From positions 1,228,176-1,292,175 of the forward strand of contig CBDAOB010000005.1 of the NCBI GenBank assembly GCA_965197905.1: a stretch of 64,000 nucleotides of DNA. Reading direction: 5' to 3'. This DNA is from Candidatus Latescibacterota bacterium (GTDB taxonomy: Bacteria; Latescibacterota; UBA2968; UBA8231). Position 1 is the first letter of the stretch. Each line of letters starts with the position of its first letter. Positions 9,323 to 18,755 of this stretch are shown here, piece after piece. A program made the translations under genes and the position numbers. The notes below the pieces were generated by a model that did no database searches, had not been told where the DNA came from, and saw only the letters and a program-made list of their open reading frames with translations.

Positions 9323-11419
9323 TTGCCTTTCTGTCGGGATTTAATGTCGACGGTGTTAAATCTAAACACAAAGGTGATGTCCAACCATCGCGGGGATCTG
9401 AGCATGGAGGGTCTGCAAAGCCGTTTTGAAGATGTGGACAACGACGGGGACCGAGAGGTAGTGGTGCAGAATCGATGGATCCGCGTAGAGCTGCGCGTTC
9501 CCCAACATCTCGGATACTCGTTCTACAAGCGGCGCTTCACCTGGGGAGGCAGGCTGCAATCCCTGGTCTACAGACCGACAGGAACCGAATACTTTCTCAC
9601 CCGCATGATAGATTTGGAAGGCATCAACCCTTTCGGCCTTCCCGACGAGTTGTTCCAAAGCTTCGAGTTTGACGACTCAGACGGCGAAAAACGAATCTTG
9701 AAGATGGGCGTGGGCATCTTCCGCTCAAAGGTCGGCGAGGATGGTTTCGAACCGCTGCCGTGGAGCTGGTATCAGGAGGAGGACGGGGATGAGCTGGTTG
9801 TCGCCTTTCGCCAGGACGTACGCGATATAGGTCCTTACAGCTACGTTTACGAAAAACGATACCGGTTTCGTCCGGATGCCGCCTGGTTCGCCATGGATGT
9901 GACCCTCGAGAACCGCGGATCCGGCACCATCGCCACTTCCTGGGACATCCACTCCTTTCATAAAGCCGGAGTGCCACCGAACACGTCCTGGCTGGTTGCG
10001 CCGAAAAACTGCTGGTCCAGCTGCGGTACCAGCCGGGTTCGCACGACCCTCAAGGAAGCGAGTCCCATAATGGCCACTCCGGAGACTCGCGAGATGGTGT
10101 CCGATAGGATCGTTTGGGACACCGACGGAACGCCCTGGTGGTACGCGCTGGGGCCGGGCGACGGAGACGAATTCTATCTGCTGCGGGCGCGCTTCGAACC
10201 GTATTGGGGCATGTTCTGGGCGGGCTACGACGCGTTTACGCCGCAGGGGATCAACAACGTCGAGGTTCCGGCTGGCGATCGCGCCACCTGGGGATTTGAC
10301 GTGACGCTCGGAGTGGGCGGCCGAAACTTTGTTGCCGCCGCCGAGGATTCTGGTGTGACGATTGACCTGGATAGAGGCTCAGCAACGGTCTCCGTCCACG
10401 TGGCCTCCGAGCGCCAGGGAAAGCTGAGCGTTCAAGTGGCCGACCAGAGTGGACGATTACTCGCTCGCGAGCGCAGCGACAGGGCGGCACCGGAACGTCC
10501 GTTGACGTTGGATATAGACCTTCCCGATGAAGAGGACTTCTGCCAATTCGCCGTTACCTATGAAACTCCCTCGAGAATGCCGCTGCAGGTGGAAGAGATC
10601 CTGCCCCTGGGCCCGTCCCGACCCACCTCCCATTTGCCGTTCGACGCCAGTGGTACCCGCGTTTTCGTGGCCGTGAGCCACGAGCTCGATCATCCCGAAG
10701 CGGATGGCCGATACCTGTGGTGTCACGGCACCCAATCTGGTTTCGACGTTGACTGGCAAGGTAGTGGGCAAAGGATCCCGAGCGATATGACAGAGGTAGG
10801 TGTCGTCTGTCTGGTCGGCGACGCCTGGCCACCGACGGCGATCGACCGGCTCGTGCGATGGATTGAGTCTGGAGGGGGTCTGCTGCTGTGCGCCCCGTTT
10901 GGTGATCTTGCCTCCGGGCTTGGGTCGATCCTGCCAATGGTGCCCCTGGCAGCGCAGGACTCCGCGTTGCCCAGCACCCACGTCGTCCAGGGCACCGGGA
11001 TGCCGCGGTACTCCGAAGCGGAATGGCGGGCGACCGAGGTGGGCGGGGAACTTCAGTTCGAGCGCCGGATCCACTGGGGCATCGAAGAGGTTGCCCCGGT
11101 CGTTGGCTTGCAGGCGGGCACCCCGCACCTGGTGGCGCGGAACCTCATGCTGGAACCTGACGCCAAGGTTCGCATCGGCCATTGGCAAGTCTGCCAACCC
11201 GGCCCCGAGTGTATCGTGCCTTTGCGTTACACCGATCCGGCGGGTAGTCCCGCCGTAGGCCTGGGTCAGATTGGTCTAGGCCGGGTAGCGGTGGTGGCGA
11301 GTCGCCCGGCCTGGGGCTCGCACTACCACAAGGTCGTCTGGGATGGATGGGGACAGTACCACCGGGCGTTCTTTGCCGGCCTCATGGGTTGGCTCGCAGG
11401 TGTTTGGGAGGAAACATGA
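9323..11419 (+). CDS. large hypothetical protein (N-terminal mutarotase-like region; C-terminal ThuA/GATase1-like region?)
   Basis: 698-aa ORF. The start is uncertain (alternatives at 9377 and 9404). The C-terminal block VGVVCLVGDAWP...GGGLLLCAPFGD resembles class-I glutamine-amidotransferase-like folds. The stop overlaps the next gene (ATGA). Confidence 0.45.
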   Translation: MPFCRDLMSTVLNLNTKVMSNHRGDLSMEGLQSRFEDVDNDGDREVVVQNRWIRVELRVPQHLGYSFYKRRFTWGGRLQSLVYRPTGTEYFLTRMIDLEGINPFGLPDELFQSFEFDDSDGEKRILKMGVGIFRSKVGEDGFEPLPWSWYQEEDGDELVVAFRQDVRDIGPYSYVYEKRYRFRPDAAWFAMDVTLENRGSGTIATSWDIHSFHKAGVPPNTSWLVAPKNCWSSCGTSRVRTTLKEASPIMATPETREMVSDRIVWDTDGTPWWYALGPGDGDEFYLLRARFEPYWGMFWAGYDAFTPQGINNVEVPAGDRATWGFDVTLGVGGRNFVAAAEDSGVTIDLDRGSATVSVHVASERQGKLSVQVADQSGRLLARERSDRAAPERPLTLDIDLPDEEDFCQFAVTYETPSRMPLQVEEILPLGPSRPTSHLPFDASGTRVFVAVSHELDHPEADGRYLWCHGTQSGFDVDWQGSGQRIPSDMTEVGVVCLVGDAWPPTAIDRLVRWIESGGGLLLCAPFGDLASGLGSILPMVPLAAQDSALPSTHVVQGTGMPRYSEAEWRATEVGGELQFERRIHWGIEEVAPVVGLQAGTPHLVARNLMLEPDAKVRIGHWQVCQPGPECIVPLRYTDPAGSPAVGLGQIGLGRVAVVASRPAWGSHYHKVVWDGWGQYHRAFFAGLMGWLAGVWEET

Positions 11420-12711
11420 TCCGCCGGCGACATGGACTGTTGCTTCTCGCCATGCTTGCGCTTCAGGCTTCCGCCGGCGCGGAGTCCGAGGCGAGATTCG
11501 AATCACTCGGAGACTCGCTGGAAACCCTGCTGACCGACAACCTGATTCCGTTCTGGTATCCGGGCGTCGTCGATCTAGCCCGCGGCGGTTACAGATTGAA
11601 CCACGACAGCAGCGGGCGTTACCTGGGGCCTGCGGCGAAGCAGATCGAGAGTCAGGCGGGGACCTTGTGGTTCTTTGCACGTCTCGCCCGAAGTCCTTTC
11701 GGCACCGAGCAGCATCTTGCCGCCGCCCGGCACGGGTTTGAGTTCCTTCGGGATCGCATGTGGGACCGCGAGTTCGGAGGTTTCTTCTGGGAAATCGATT
11801 CGACGGCCGCGGTTGCCAGCAAACCCCACAAAGAGATCGGGGCGCAAGCCAGGGCACTTAACGCACTGTCCCAGTTCATTATGGCCACCGCCGACTCCAA
11901 CGCGTCGCAGCTTGCCTCAGCGCTGTTCCGGCGTTTGGAACAGCATGGTTACGATCGAATACACGGCGGGTATCGCGAATTCTTCCGACGCGATTGGGGC
12001 GCCATGCCAGACCAGATCAGGTCGTATTCGGGGTTGCGAACTGACGACAGATCGCTGCGGACTCATCTCCAACTCACCGAAGCCTTCGCGGCCTATTATC
12101 AGGTGACGGCGGACGAGCTGGTCCGCGATAGACTGATAGAGTTGATCCTGATACAGATCAACGCCATGGGTGATTCAAGCCTTACCTACGATCAAACCTG
12201 GCGGCCGCGCTCTGATCCTGAGAATCGGGTTCGCTCACCAGGTCATGACCTAGAAGCTATCTGGGTGGTCGCGGAGGCGTGCCGCGCGGCTGGTCTTCCT
12301 GTGTGTCCGTTCGTTCCCCGATTCTCTCGAGAAGTCAGCCACGCGATCGAACGCGGTTTCGATCGAACAGACGGGGGGTTCGTATCATTCGTGCCCGGTC
12401 GGGGCCAAACTGGACACAAGGTTTGGTGGCAACAGGCAGAGGGGTTGGTGGCCACGCTTTACCTCTACAATCTCACCGGCGAAGAGGATTATTTGAACGT
12501 CTTCGTGGGCACCCTTGGCTGGATTCTGAACGCTCAAGCGGATCGCCGACGCGGCGGGTGGCATGCGATAGTGGATCGGGAAGCAGCCCTTGAAGAGAAA
12601 AAGGCGAGTACCCGAAAAACGCCCTTCGAAACCGGCCGAGCCTTGTTTCGAACACTGGAGATCGTCGAGGTCCTAGGCCGGGATGGAACGCCAAGCGGCG
12701 CAAAACGGTGA
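11416..12711 (+). CDS. N-acylglucosamine 2-epimerase (AGE) superfamily protein, secreted
   Basis: The start is reassigned to MIRRRHGLLLLAMLALQASA (a signal peptide). AGE-like motifs LIPFWY, GGY, TLWFFARL and GGFFW are present. Confidence 0.55.
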   Translation: MIRRRHGLLLLAMLALQASAGAESEARFESLGDSLETLLTDNLIPFWYPGVVDLARGGYRLNHDSSGRYLGPAAKQIESQAGTLWFFARLARSPFGTEQHLAAARHGFEFLRDRMWDREFGGFFWEIDSTAAVASKPHKEIGAQARALNALSQFIMATADSNASQLASALFRRLEQHGYDRIHGGYREFFRRDWGAMPDQIRSYSGLRTDDRSLRTHLQLTEAFAAYYQVTADELVRDRLIELILIQINAMGDSSLTYDQTWRPRSDPENRVRSPGHDLEAIWVVAEACRAAGLPVCPFVPRFSREVSHAIERGFDRTDGGFVSFVPGRGQTGHKVWWQQAEGLVATLYLYNLTGEEDYLNVFVGTLGWILNAQADRRRGGWHAIVDREAALEEKKASTRKTPFETGRALFRTLEIVEVLGRDGTPSGAKR

Positions 12712-12772
12712 TTTTCGAGGCAATGTGACCGCATTCAGGCCCCGTGGCAAACCGCGCATAATCAATTTGCGA

Positions 12773-12801
12773 TTGACAGGTCCGGACTTTGTAAGTATTA
12801 A
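12773..12801 (+). promoter_or_regulatory. sigma70-like promoter (TTGACA, 17-bp spacer, TATTAA) in an AT-rich island
   Basis: Read directly: TTGACA at 12773-12778, a 17-nt spacer, TATTAAT at 12796-12802. It sits about 100 nt upstream of the cNMP/REC gene. Confidence 0.4.
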
Positions 12802-12902
12802 TTAATAATACACTAACGACGAAACAACAGACATTCCTGCCGCGGAATTTTCACTTATTCAGAGCTCCCCGCGGTCGGCAAGCGCGACGGAAAGCACCCT
12901 AG

Positions 12903-13865
12903 ATGGCACCGCCAGCCAGCGATAGTCTAATCAAGGTAATAGGCAAGATTCCTCTTCTCAGGGGTCTGTCACCCACCCAGCTACGTTCGATCATCGGAAT
13001 CTGCGAGCATCGAGTTTTGAACGAGGGGGAGCTGCTTTGCAAGGCAGATTCGGCCGCCGACGAGATGTACATCCTGGTCGCAGGCGAATGTGGCCTTGTG
13101 GGAACGGAAAGCGAGATCATCAAGGAGATTGCTCCGGTTTCGACGGTTGGAGATGCGTCGCTACTAACCGGCGTCGGGCACCCAGCTAACATCCGGGTGT
13201 CGAAGCAAAGCCATATCTTCGCCCTGACCAAGTTCCAGCTAGACCGAACGCTGAGGCGCGACCTGGATATGCAGGTCAAAATCTATCGGAACCTGAGCGA
13301 AACTCTGGCTTCCTCTATGGGAAACGAGGAAACCCTGCTCGAGGTGAACAAGAAGGAGAAGGACCGGTACGAGGTGCGTATCGCTTCCCTCGAGCGCCAA
13401 CTCGGGAATCACACCCGCAAGATCGACCTGGTCTTGGAACTGCTCGGGTCGCGTGCGGAGATGTCGAAGGACGAGGTCGATCTATATCTGCAGGAAAGGT
13501 TGAAAGACCTCGTGCCGCGGATTCTCGTGGTGGACGACGAAGCGGATTTTCGGCGATTTGCCAAGGAGGCTCTCGACTCCTTCTCCGTTTTGGAGGCCCA
13601 GAGCGGGAAAGAGGCCCTTCAGATCGTGCGCGAGGAACAGTTCGATCTGGTCATCGCCGACATCCGAATGCCCGAGATGGACGGATACTCGTTGCTGGCC
13701 AATCTGCGTACCTATTCACCGAACCTGCGGGTCGTGGCTGTGTCGGGTTACCTAGGGACCGAGGAAATCAGCGATTATGAATTCAATGGGTTCATCGATA
13801 AACCGATGGGGCCAGAACGTCTTCAGGAGGTGGTCGAAGCAACCCTCAAGCAGAACTACAATTGA
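12903..13865 (+). CDS. cyclic-nucleotide-binding domain / coiled-coil / C-terminal receiver (REC) domain protein
   Basis: The N-terminal 130 aa look like a cNMP-binding (CAP effector) domain. A central charged coiled-coil follows. The C-terminal REC has VVDDE...DLVIADIRMPEMDG with the conserved Asp. Confidence 0.7.
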   Translation: MAPPASDSLIKVIGKIPLLRGLSPTQLRSIIGICEHRVLNEGELLCKADSAADEMYILVAGECGLVGTESEIIKEIAPVSTVGDASLLTGVGHPANIRVSKQSHIFALTKFQLDRTLRRDLDMQVKIYRNLSETLASSMGNEETLLEVNKKEKDRYEVRIASLERQLGNHTRKIDLVLELLGSRAEMSKDEVDLYLQERLKDLVPRILVVDDEADFRRFAKEALDSFSVLEAQSGKEALQIVREEQFDLVIADIRMPEMDGYSLLANLRTYSPNLRVVAVSGYLGTEEISDYEFNGFIDKPMGPERLQEVVEATLKQNYN

Positions 13866-13943
13866 GGAAGGTAAGCGTACCTTCGATCAGGACTCCCAGA
13901 AGCCCCAACCACTGAGCTGTACTCACAGCAACTCGATAGACAG

Positions 13944-15977
13944 ATGAAGTACCTGCTCACCGGAGGAGGTACGGGCGGTCACGTCTACCCGGCCCTGGCG
14001 CTCGCAGACGAGATCGCAGCTCGCCAACCTGCGGCCTCCTTCTTATACGTCGGCTTGGCAAGCAAGCTGGAAGCGTGGGTTGTCCCCAAGCGTGGATTCC
14101 CCATAAAGTTTGTGCGTTCTCGCTCCTGTCCCAGATCCACATCACCCTGGTCCTGGCTCGTCTTTTCTTTGACCCTGGCCGTCGGAATCCTACAGGCCTC
14201 CCTACTACTGCTGCGCTACAGGCCACATCTGATCTTAAGCACGGGTGGCTACGTAAGTGCTCCGATAATGTTTGCGCACGGAATCCTCAAGAACATCGGC
14301 TGTTCACGCAGCAAGGTGTTTATCTTCGAGCCAAACGCCCATCCAGGGATGTTGAACCAGGCCGCCGGCAGGATGGCAGATCGAATTGGGGTCGCCTTTG
14401 AACAGGCGGGTCGATGGTTCGACATGCGGCGGGTCGCAGTCGTCGGCTATCCCGTGCGGCGCGAGGTGTTGGCGTCGGATCGCGCGGTGGCCAGGAAGCG
14501 GTTTGGTATCCCACCGGAAGCGCCCGTCGTACTCGCATTTGGCGGATCGGGCGGGGCGCGGGCAATCAACGAAGCGGTGATCGATTCGCTGCCGCACCTT
14601 CTTTCCCGCCCCGAGCTCCATCTGATACACATCACCGGTCAGTACAAAGGTGCAGACTATGACGCCGTGGCGGAAACGGCGGCGCGACTGGAGACTCTCT
14701 CTCTAGCTCCGAACCGCGCGGACAGATACCACCGTTTCTCCTACATGGAAACGATTCAAGACGCCTATTCTGCCGCCGACCTGGCAATCTGCCGCGGCGG
14801 CATGGGCGCGCTTACCGAGATTGGCGTCTGCGGGTTGCCGTCCGTGATCATCCCATTGCCGTCCGCTGCTGAGGACCACCAGGCGATGAACGCGCGGGAG
14901 ATGGAGAGAGCAAACGCGGCGCAGGTGATCTACGAAGAGGCATCGTGGCGCGAGGGCAAGATTTTCAGTCGTGTCGACGGCAAGCGCCTGGCGGCGAAAG
15001 TCACCGCACTGATAGACGACCGCGAGAAGCGCGTCGCCATGGGCAAGGCTGCTGCTACGCTGCCGCACAAGAACAGCCTCGATCTGATGCTTGCAGAGAT
15101 CGAGAATCTCATTTTGGGGCGCCGGCCAGCACCTCTCACCTTAGAGTTTCCCGTTCGTGCGAAGTCGGTGCCTGAAGACCCCAATGCGCTGTTGCGCTGG
15201 GTGAGTCAGCGTATCGACGAAAGCAATGACGTCAATGGCTTGGATCCGCGGGAATTGGCTTATCTGCGCCATCACGCGGACCGATTGTTGGTTTCCTCGG
15301 CATGGTACGAGACCCCGCTGGGCAGGCGGAATGTGGGGATCAAGCTGGTGGGCTACCTCCAGTATGTCGAGCATGTGCCGCTACTGCTGAGCATTCTGCA
15401 GGATCGAACCAGGGTTGGCCCGCTCAAGCGGCTGTTCGGAGGGGATTTTGTCCACGGTGGGTTCCTGCGGCGCAACGCCATCGAATTCGGGATTCGTAAG
15501 TTGGGTGTAGCGGACGAAACGGTAAAGGACGCGTTGATTCTCGCGTTGCGCGAGGATCCGTATTTTGAGGTGCGGGCTGTGGCGGCCAGAGCGCTGGGAG
15601 AGTTTATGGGCCCGTGCGTCGAGCTGGAAGAGCGCTTGGTCGAGGCGCTGGACGATCCCTATCCCGAAGTGGTCATCGAAGTGATTGGAGCCCTCGGCTC
15701 GATCGCTCGTCACGAGAAGGTCCTCGAGCACTTGCAAAGATTTTATTTGCACGACAGTTGGCAGATTAGACAGCGGGTAGTTGCTGTGCTCGCGCAGCTT
15801 CTCGAGCGCCGCCTCGTAGATCTAGATGAGGTGGCGAAAAGCGCTGATCAAATTCTAATGACGTCCCCTTTCTTCAGTCCCCGTTTTCCCCTCAAACAGC
15901 AGCTGGACTCTCTATTCCAACAGCTTGAACGCGCTTCCGCGAGCCGGGAAAATCAACGGCACACTGCGGAACAGTGA
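13944..15977 (+). CDS. murG: MurG-like GT28 glycosyltransferase fused to a C-terminal PBS-lyase-type HEAT-repeat domain
   Basis: GGGTGGHVYPALALA G-loop at the N-terminus and a GT28 C-terminal half to about residue 390. At least three 'D..EVRAVAARALGE' HEAT-like repeats follow. The stop overlaps the mraY start. Confidence 0.65.
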   Translation: MKYLLTGGGTGGHVYPALALADEIAARQPAASFLYVGLASKLEAWVVPKRGFPIKFVRSRSCPRSTSPWSWLVFSLTLAVGILQASLLLLRYRPHLILSTGGYVSAPIMFAHGILKNIGCSRSKVFIFEPNAHPGMLNQAAGRMADRIGVAFEQAGRWFDMRRVAVVGYPVRREVLASDRAVARKRFGIPPEAPVVLAFGGSGGARAINEAVIDSLPHLLSRPELHLIHITGQYKGADYDAVAETAARLETLSLAPNRADRYHRFSYMETIQDAYSAADLAICRGGMGALTEIGVCGLPSVIIPLPSAAEDHQAMNAREMERANAAQVIYEEASWREGKIFSRVDGKRLAAKVTALIDDREKRVAMGKAAATLPHKNSLDLMLAEIENLILGRRPAPLTLEFPVRAKSVPEDPNALLRWVSQRIDESNDVNGLDPRELAYLRHHADRLLVSSAWYETPLGRRNVGIKLVGYLQYVEHVPLLLSILQDRTRVGPLKRLFGGDFVHGGFLRRNAIEFGIRKLGVADETVKDALILALREDPYFEVRAVAARALGEFMGPCVELEERLVEALDDPYPEVVIEVIGALGSIARHEKVLEHLQRFYLHDSWQIRQRVVAVLAQLLERRLVDLDEVAKSADQILMTSPFFSPRFPLKQQLDSLFQQLERASASRENQRHTAEQ

Positions 15978-17089
15978 CCGCTGTGATCTACTATCTAGGC
16001 ACATACCTATACGACACGGTGGAAGCGCTCTCCTTCCTGCGCTTGCTCAACTCGATCAGTTTTCGAGCGATTGCCGGGGCGATTACGGCGTTGTTGTTTA
16101 CCATTCTGTTTGGCGATCGCATCATCCTCTATTTCTATCGTTCCGGCCAGCGCGACACCCCGCGAAATTACGCCAGCTTCTCTACCGAGGGGGACTCCGC
16201 CAAAACCTACGGCGGTGGACTTATCGTTACCGGCATACTTCTGAGCGTCATTTTGTGGACGAAGGTCCACACTACGTTCGTGCTGCTGTGTATCGGAGCG
16301 GTTCTGTGGTTCGCGGCCTTGGGTCTAATCGACGACAGATTGAAGGTGCGGCATGGCAGCAGCGATCGCGGTCTTTCGGAGGCGGCCAAGCTGGTCCTGC
16401 AGTCAGTCTACGGCCTCGCTTTTGGCCTGATCTATGTAATCGAGGAACTCTCGCCTTTGCCGACGGGCTTGGCAACGCAGTTGTATCTCCCATTCGTCAA
16501 GAATCCAATTGTCGATCTCTCCTGGGGATACGTCCCTTTCGTAATCTTCACAGTGATCGCGATTGCCAACTCGGTCAATATCGCGGACGGAATTGACGGT
16601 CTTGCGGTGGTGCCGGTGGCGTTCGCCATCGCGGTTTTCGGAGTTTTTGCCTACGTTGCGAGCCACGCAGAGATATCGGATTTCCTGATCTTTCCGTTCA
16701 TGCCGGGCGTCGGGGAGGTGGCCATTATCTGTTCTGTCGTGTTCGGGGCCTGTTTGGGATTTCTCTGGTTCAATTCCTACCCCGCCAATGTCATTATGGG
16801 CGATACCGGCTCGATGGCGCTCGGCGGGCTCCTCGGGACAGCCGCGGTTCTTGTCAAACAGGAGTTCCTGTTTCTCATCGTCGGGGGGATCTTTGTGGGG
16901 GAGGCGTTTTCCGTCCTGGTGCAAGAAAAAATCGGCATCAAATGGCTGGGCAGACGATTCTTCCAGCGGGCACCGATTCACCATCATTTCCAGTCTCGTG
17001 GTCTCGCCGATACCAAAATCGTTATTCGGTTCTGGATCATCGCCGGCATCTTGGCGCTGTGCAGCCTGGCAACATTGAAGATTCGATAA
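15974..17089 (+). CDS. mraY: phospho-N-acetylmuramoyl-pentapeptide transferase-like polyprenyl-phosphate glycosyl-1-phosphate transferase (MraY/WecA family)
   Basis: About 10 TM helices, GLIDDRLKV, NSVNIADGIDGLA and VGGIFVGE motifs. It is overlap-coupled to murG. Confidence 0.7.
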   Translation: MTAVIYYLGTYLYDTVEALSFLRLLNSISFRAIAGAITALLFTILFGDRIILYFYRSGQRDTPRNYASFSTEGDSAKTYGGGLIVTGILLSVILWTKVHTTFVLLCIGAVLWFAALGLIDDRLKVRHGSSDRGLSEAAKLVLQSVYGLAFGLIYVIEELSPLPTGLATQLYLPFVKNPIVDLSWGYVPFVIFTVIAIANSVNIADGIDGLAVVPVAFAIAVFGVFAYVASHAEISDFLIFPFMPGVGEVAIICSVVFGACLGFLWFNSYPANVIMGDTGSMALGGLLGTAAVLVKQEFLFLIVGGIFVGEAFSVLVQEKIGIKWLGRRFFQRAPIHHHFQSRGLADTKIVIRFWIIAGILALCSLATLKIR

Positions 17090-17203
17090 ATACGTAGCTC
17101 CCCGCAGAATAGCTCAAGCAGATGCAATTCGACCGGCTCGATGGGTGCGCCCGCCCGTCAGGCCGGTGGCTAGGAAAGCGAATTTGATGTAGGCGGAGCT
17201 AGA

Positions 17204-17680
17204 TCAGAGAACGTTTAATCCGTAGATACACAACAAGACGACCACGATACCCATGGTGACACTGATCCAAATCGGGATCGGAGCCGCCTTGTTTCCGTAA
17301 TGTTCTACGGAATACCGGTTGTACTCCCGGGAGATCAGCATGTAGGCGGAGACAATCGAGCTGATAATCGCCACGATCAGGAATACAATGCCCATCTGTT
17401 CCGGTGCGAAGGTGCGGCTCAGGGTAAGCGCGTAGGAAATCACGTTCACCAGGAGTCCAAATTCGCGCGACACTAATCCGTAGATGACAATGCCGAGACT
17501 GAAGGAACTAATGGTGAGAGTGGCAAGACCACTCAGAATGGGTAGCTGGAAGAATGCGATCAGGACCAGACTGCCGATCAGAAGGTGAACCCACATCCCG
17601 GCGTAGGCATAGAAAAACGCCGGTCGCTCCAAAGAGGCTTGACCGACGAGATATTGGGAAAAGGTCGGGCGTTTGGTCAC
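17204..17680 (-). CDS. small polytopic membrane protein, hypothetical
   Basis: 158 aa with 4-5 hydrophobic helices, downstream of the PilZ gene on the same strand. Confidence 0.45.
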   Translation of the reverse strand: MTKRPTFSQYLVGQASLERPAFFYAYAGMWVHLLIGSLVLIAFFQLPILSGLATLTISSFSLGIVIYGLVSREFGLLVNVISYALTLSRTFAPEQMGIVFLIVAIISSIVSAYMLISREYNRYSVEHYGNKAAPIPIWISVTMGIVVVLLCIYGLNVL

Positions 17681-17784
17681 AAGCTCAACGTGTGTAGCAG
17701 GGCGCAGCAGGGGCGGGGAGGCCCTAAGATACTACATCGTCTCTGCGGCCGTCAAGCACTCGATCGAGTCGAGGCTACTCGACT

Positions 17785-18594
17785 CTAAGCGGCGTTGGCC
17801 AGAGGACACTCCGAAGTTTCCAACCCTTTGCCGATGGTGTCGCGTTCCAGGAAGCGCACCAGGTTATAGCAGCTTTCTTGTGGTTCGTTGAAGGAGACGG
17901 CGAGGGCGTACACCGGGCCGCGTCCATCGGTTGTCTGCAACCGACAGTTGACGATGCGGGCTTCTATCGCCTCCAAACCGTAGCGAATATCACGTTCTGC
18001 TCCGTTAGAGAGGTTGGTACCTGCCATCGACGGTCGGGTGAATCGACCACGTTTGGCCGTTCTGCGACGGACCGCCTGCTCCACGTACTCTTCAGGTGCG
18101 GACAGGGTGAGGCGCAACGATTTCGATGCCGGGATCTGGCGCACGAACACCTGAGCGCCACCGCCACTGAGGTTGGTGACCACGGCCGGTTTCGAAAGTG
18201 TCACTCCCGGTCTCGCGGTTTCCTCCCACTCCGCCAACGCTTTAAGGGTTACAGCAACTCGATAGGAGCCGCGACGCTGGTGCCCGTCAATGGTTCGAGG
18301 TAGCTTCAGCAGCAACACGGGCACTCGATCATGCAATCGCCGGCGTCCGAATATTTCGCTGGAGAAGGAGTAGTCCTTAGGGCTCTTTGGCAACGCCCGG
18401 ACGGTGACCGAGGCGCCCCGAGGGGGACTCAAATCGGCGGGGGCGTCAACGCACAAATACCCGTCGGAGCTCAGATCCTGAATGCGCCCCAGGTGCTGCG
18501 AGGCGGAGATTTCCGGATCGTCAAAAGAGAGCAGGAAACGTTCGCCAATCTTTAGGCCATCCGGAAGCCGGTGGCCATTCTGTGTCTTAGCCAT
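17785..18594 (-). CDS. PilZ-domain c-di-GMP-binding protein (YcgR-like two-domain architecture)
   Basis: RRxxxR (QRRGSYR) and N.SGGG (NLSGGGAQVF) PilZ signature pair. The start is reassigned to MAKTQ, with AAGGAGA 8 nt upstream. Confidence 0.6.
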   Translation of the reverse strand: MAKTQNGHRLPDGLKIGERFLLSFDDPEISASQHLGRIQDLSSDGYLCVDAPADLSPPRGASVTVRALPKSPKDYSFSSEIFGRRRLHDRVPVLLLKLPRTIDGHQRRGSYRVAVTLKALAEWEETARPGVTLSKPAVVTNLSGGGAQVFVRQIPASKSLRLTLSAPEEYVEQAVRRRTAKRGRFTRPSMAGTNLSNGAERDIRYGLEAIEARIVNCRLQTTDGRGPVYALAVSFNEPQESCYNLVRFLERDTIGKGLETSECPLANAA

Positions 18595-18614
18595 GAGTGA
18601 ATCTCCTTGACAAA

Positions 18615-18641
18615 AGTGATCACGTATCAAAGTGATCGTAT
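18615..18641. promoter_or_regulatory. direct repeat AGTGATCACGTAT / AGTGATCGTAT containing the palindrome GTGATCAC; candidate operator
   Basis: Read directly from the sequence, immediately upstream of the PilZ gene RBS on the minus strand. Confidence 0.3.
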
Positions 18642-18674
18642 TACAAGAAATCGGCGGGTGCAGTCAAATCTTTA

Positions 18675-18691
18675 GTAGTATTTCATACTAC
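18675..18691. promoter_or_regulatory. inverted repeat GTAGTAT-ttc-ATACTAC in the PilZ/recG divergent intergenic region
   Basis: Perfect 7-3-7 palindrome read directly. An adjacent TTGCAA, 18 nt, TAAAAT promoter-like element lies at 18706-18735, upstream of recG. Confidence 0.3.
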
Positions 18692-18755
18692 ATGGTAAGA
18701 ATTTTTTGCAAGCTGCATCTGGCCCCGCCTAAAATGTAACAAGTGAAGTAAGAAC

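Noticed and set aside
11347-11415. Upstream extension (MGTVPPGV...) of the AGE-family gene.
   Set aside because: The internal Met at 11416 begins a classic signal peptide and forms an ATGA overlap with the upstream stop. The extension overlaps the upstream CDS.
12840-12874. CCGCGG...CCGCGG hairpin in the 5' leader of the cNMP/REC gene as a riboswitch or attenuator.
   Set aside because: The stem is only 6 bp with a 23-nt loop, and no conserved riboswitch consensus is recognisable.
17089-17204. Intergenic region between the convergent mraY gene and the small membrane protein gene as an ncRNA or tRNA.
   Set aside because: Only a weak 6-bp stem (ACCGGC/GCCGGT) is present, and no tRNA-like cloverleaf. 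It is most likely just a bidirectional termination region.
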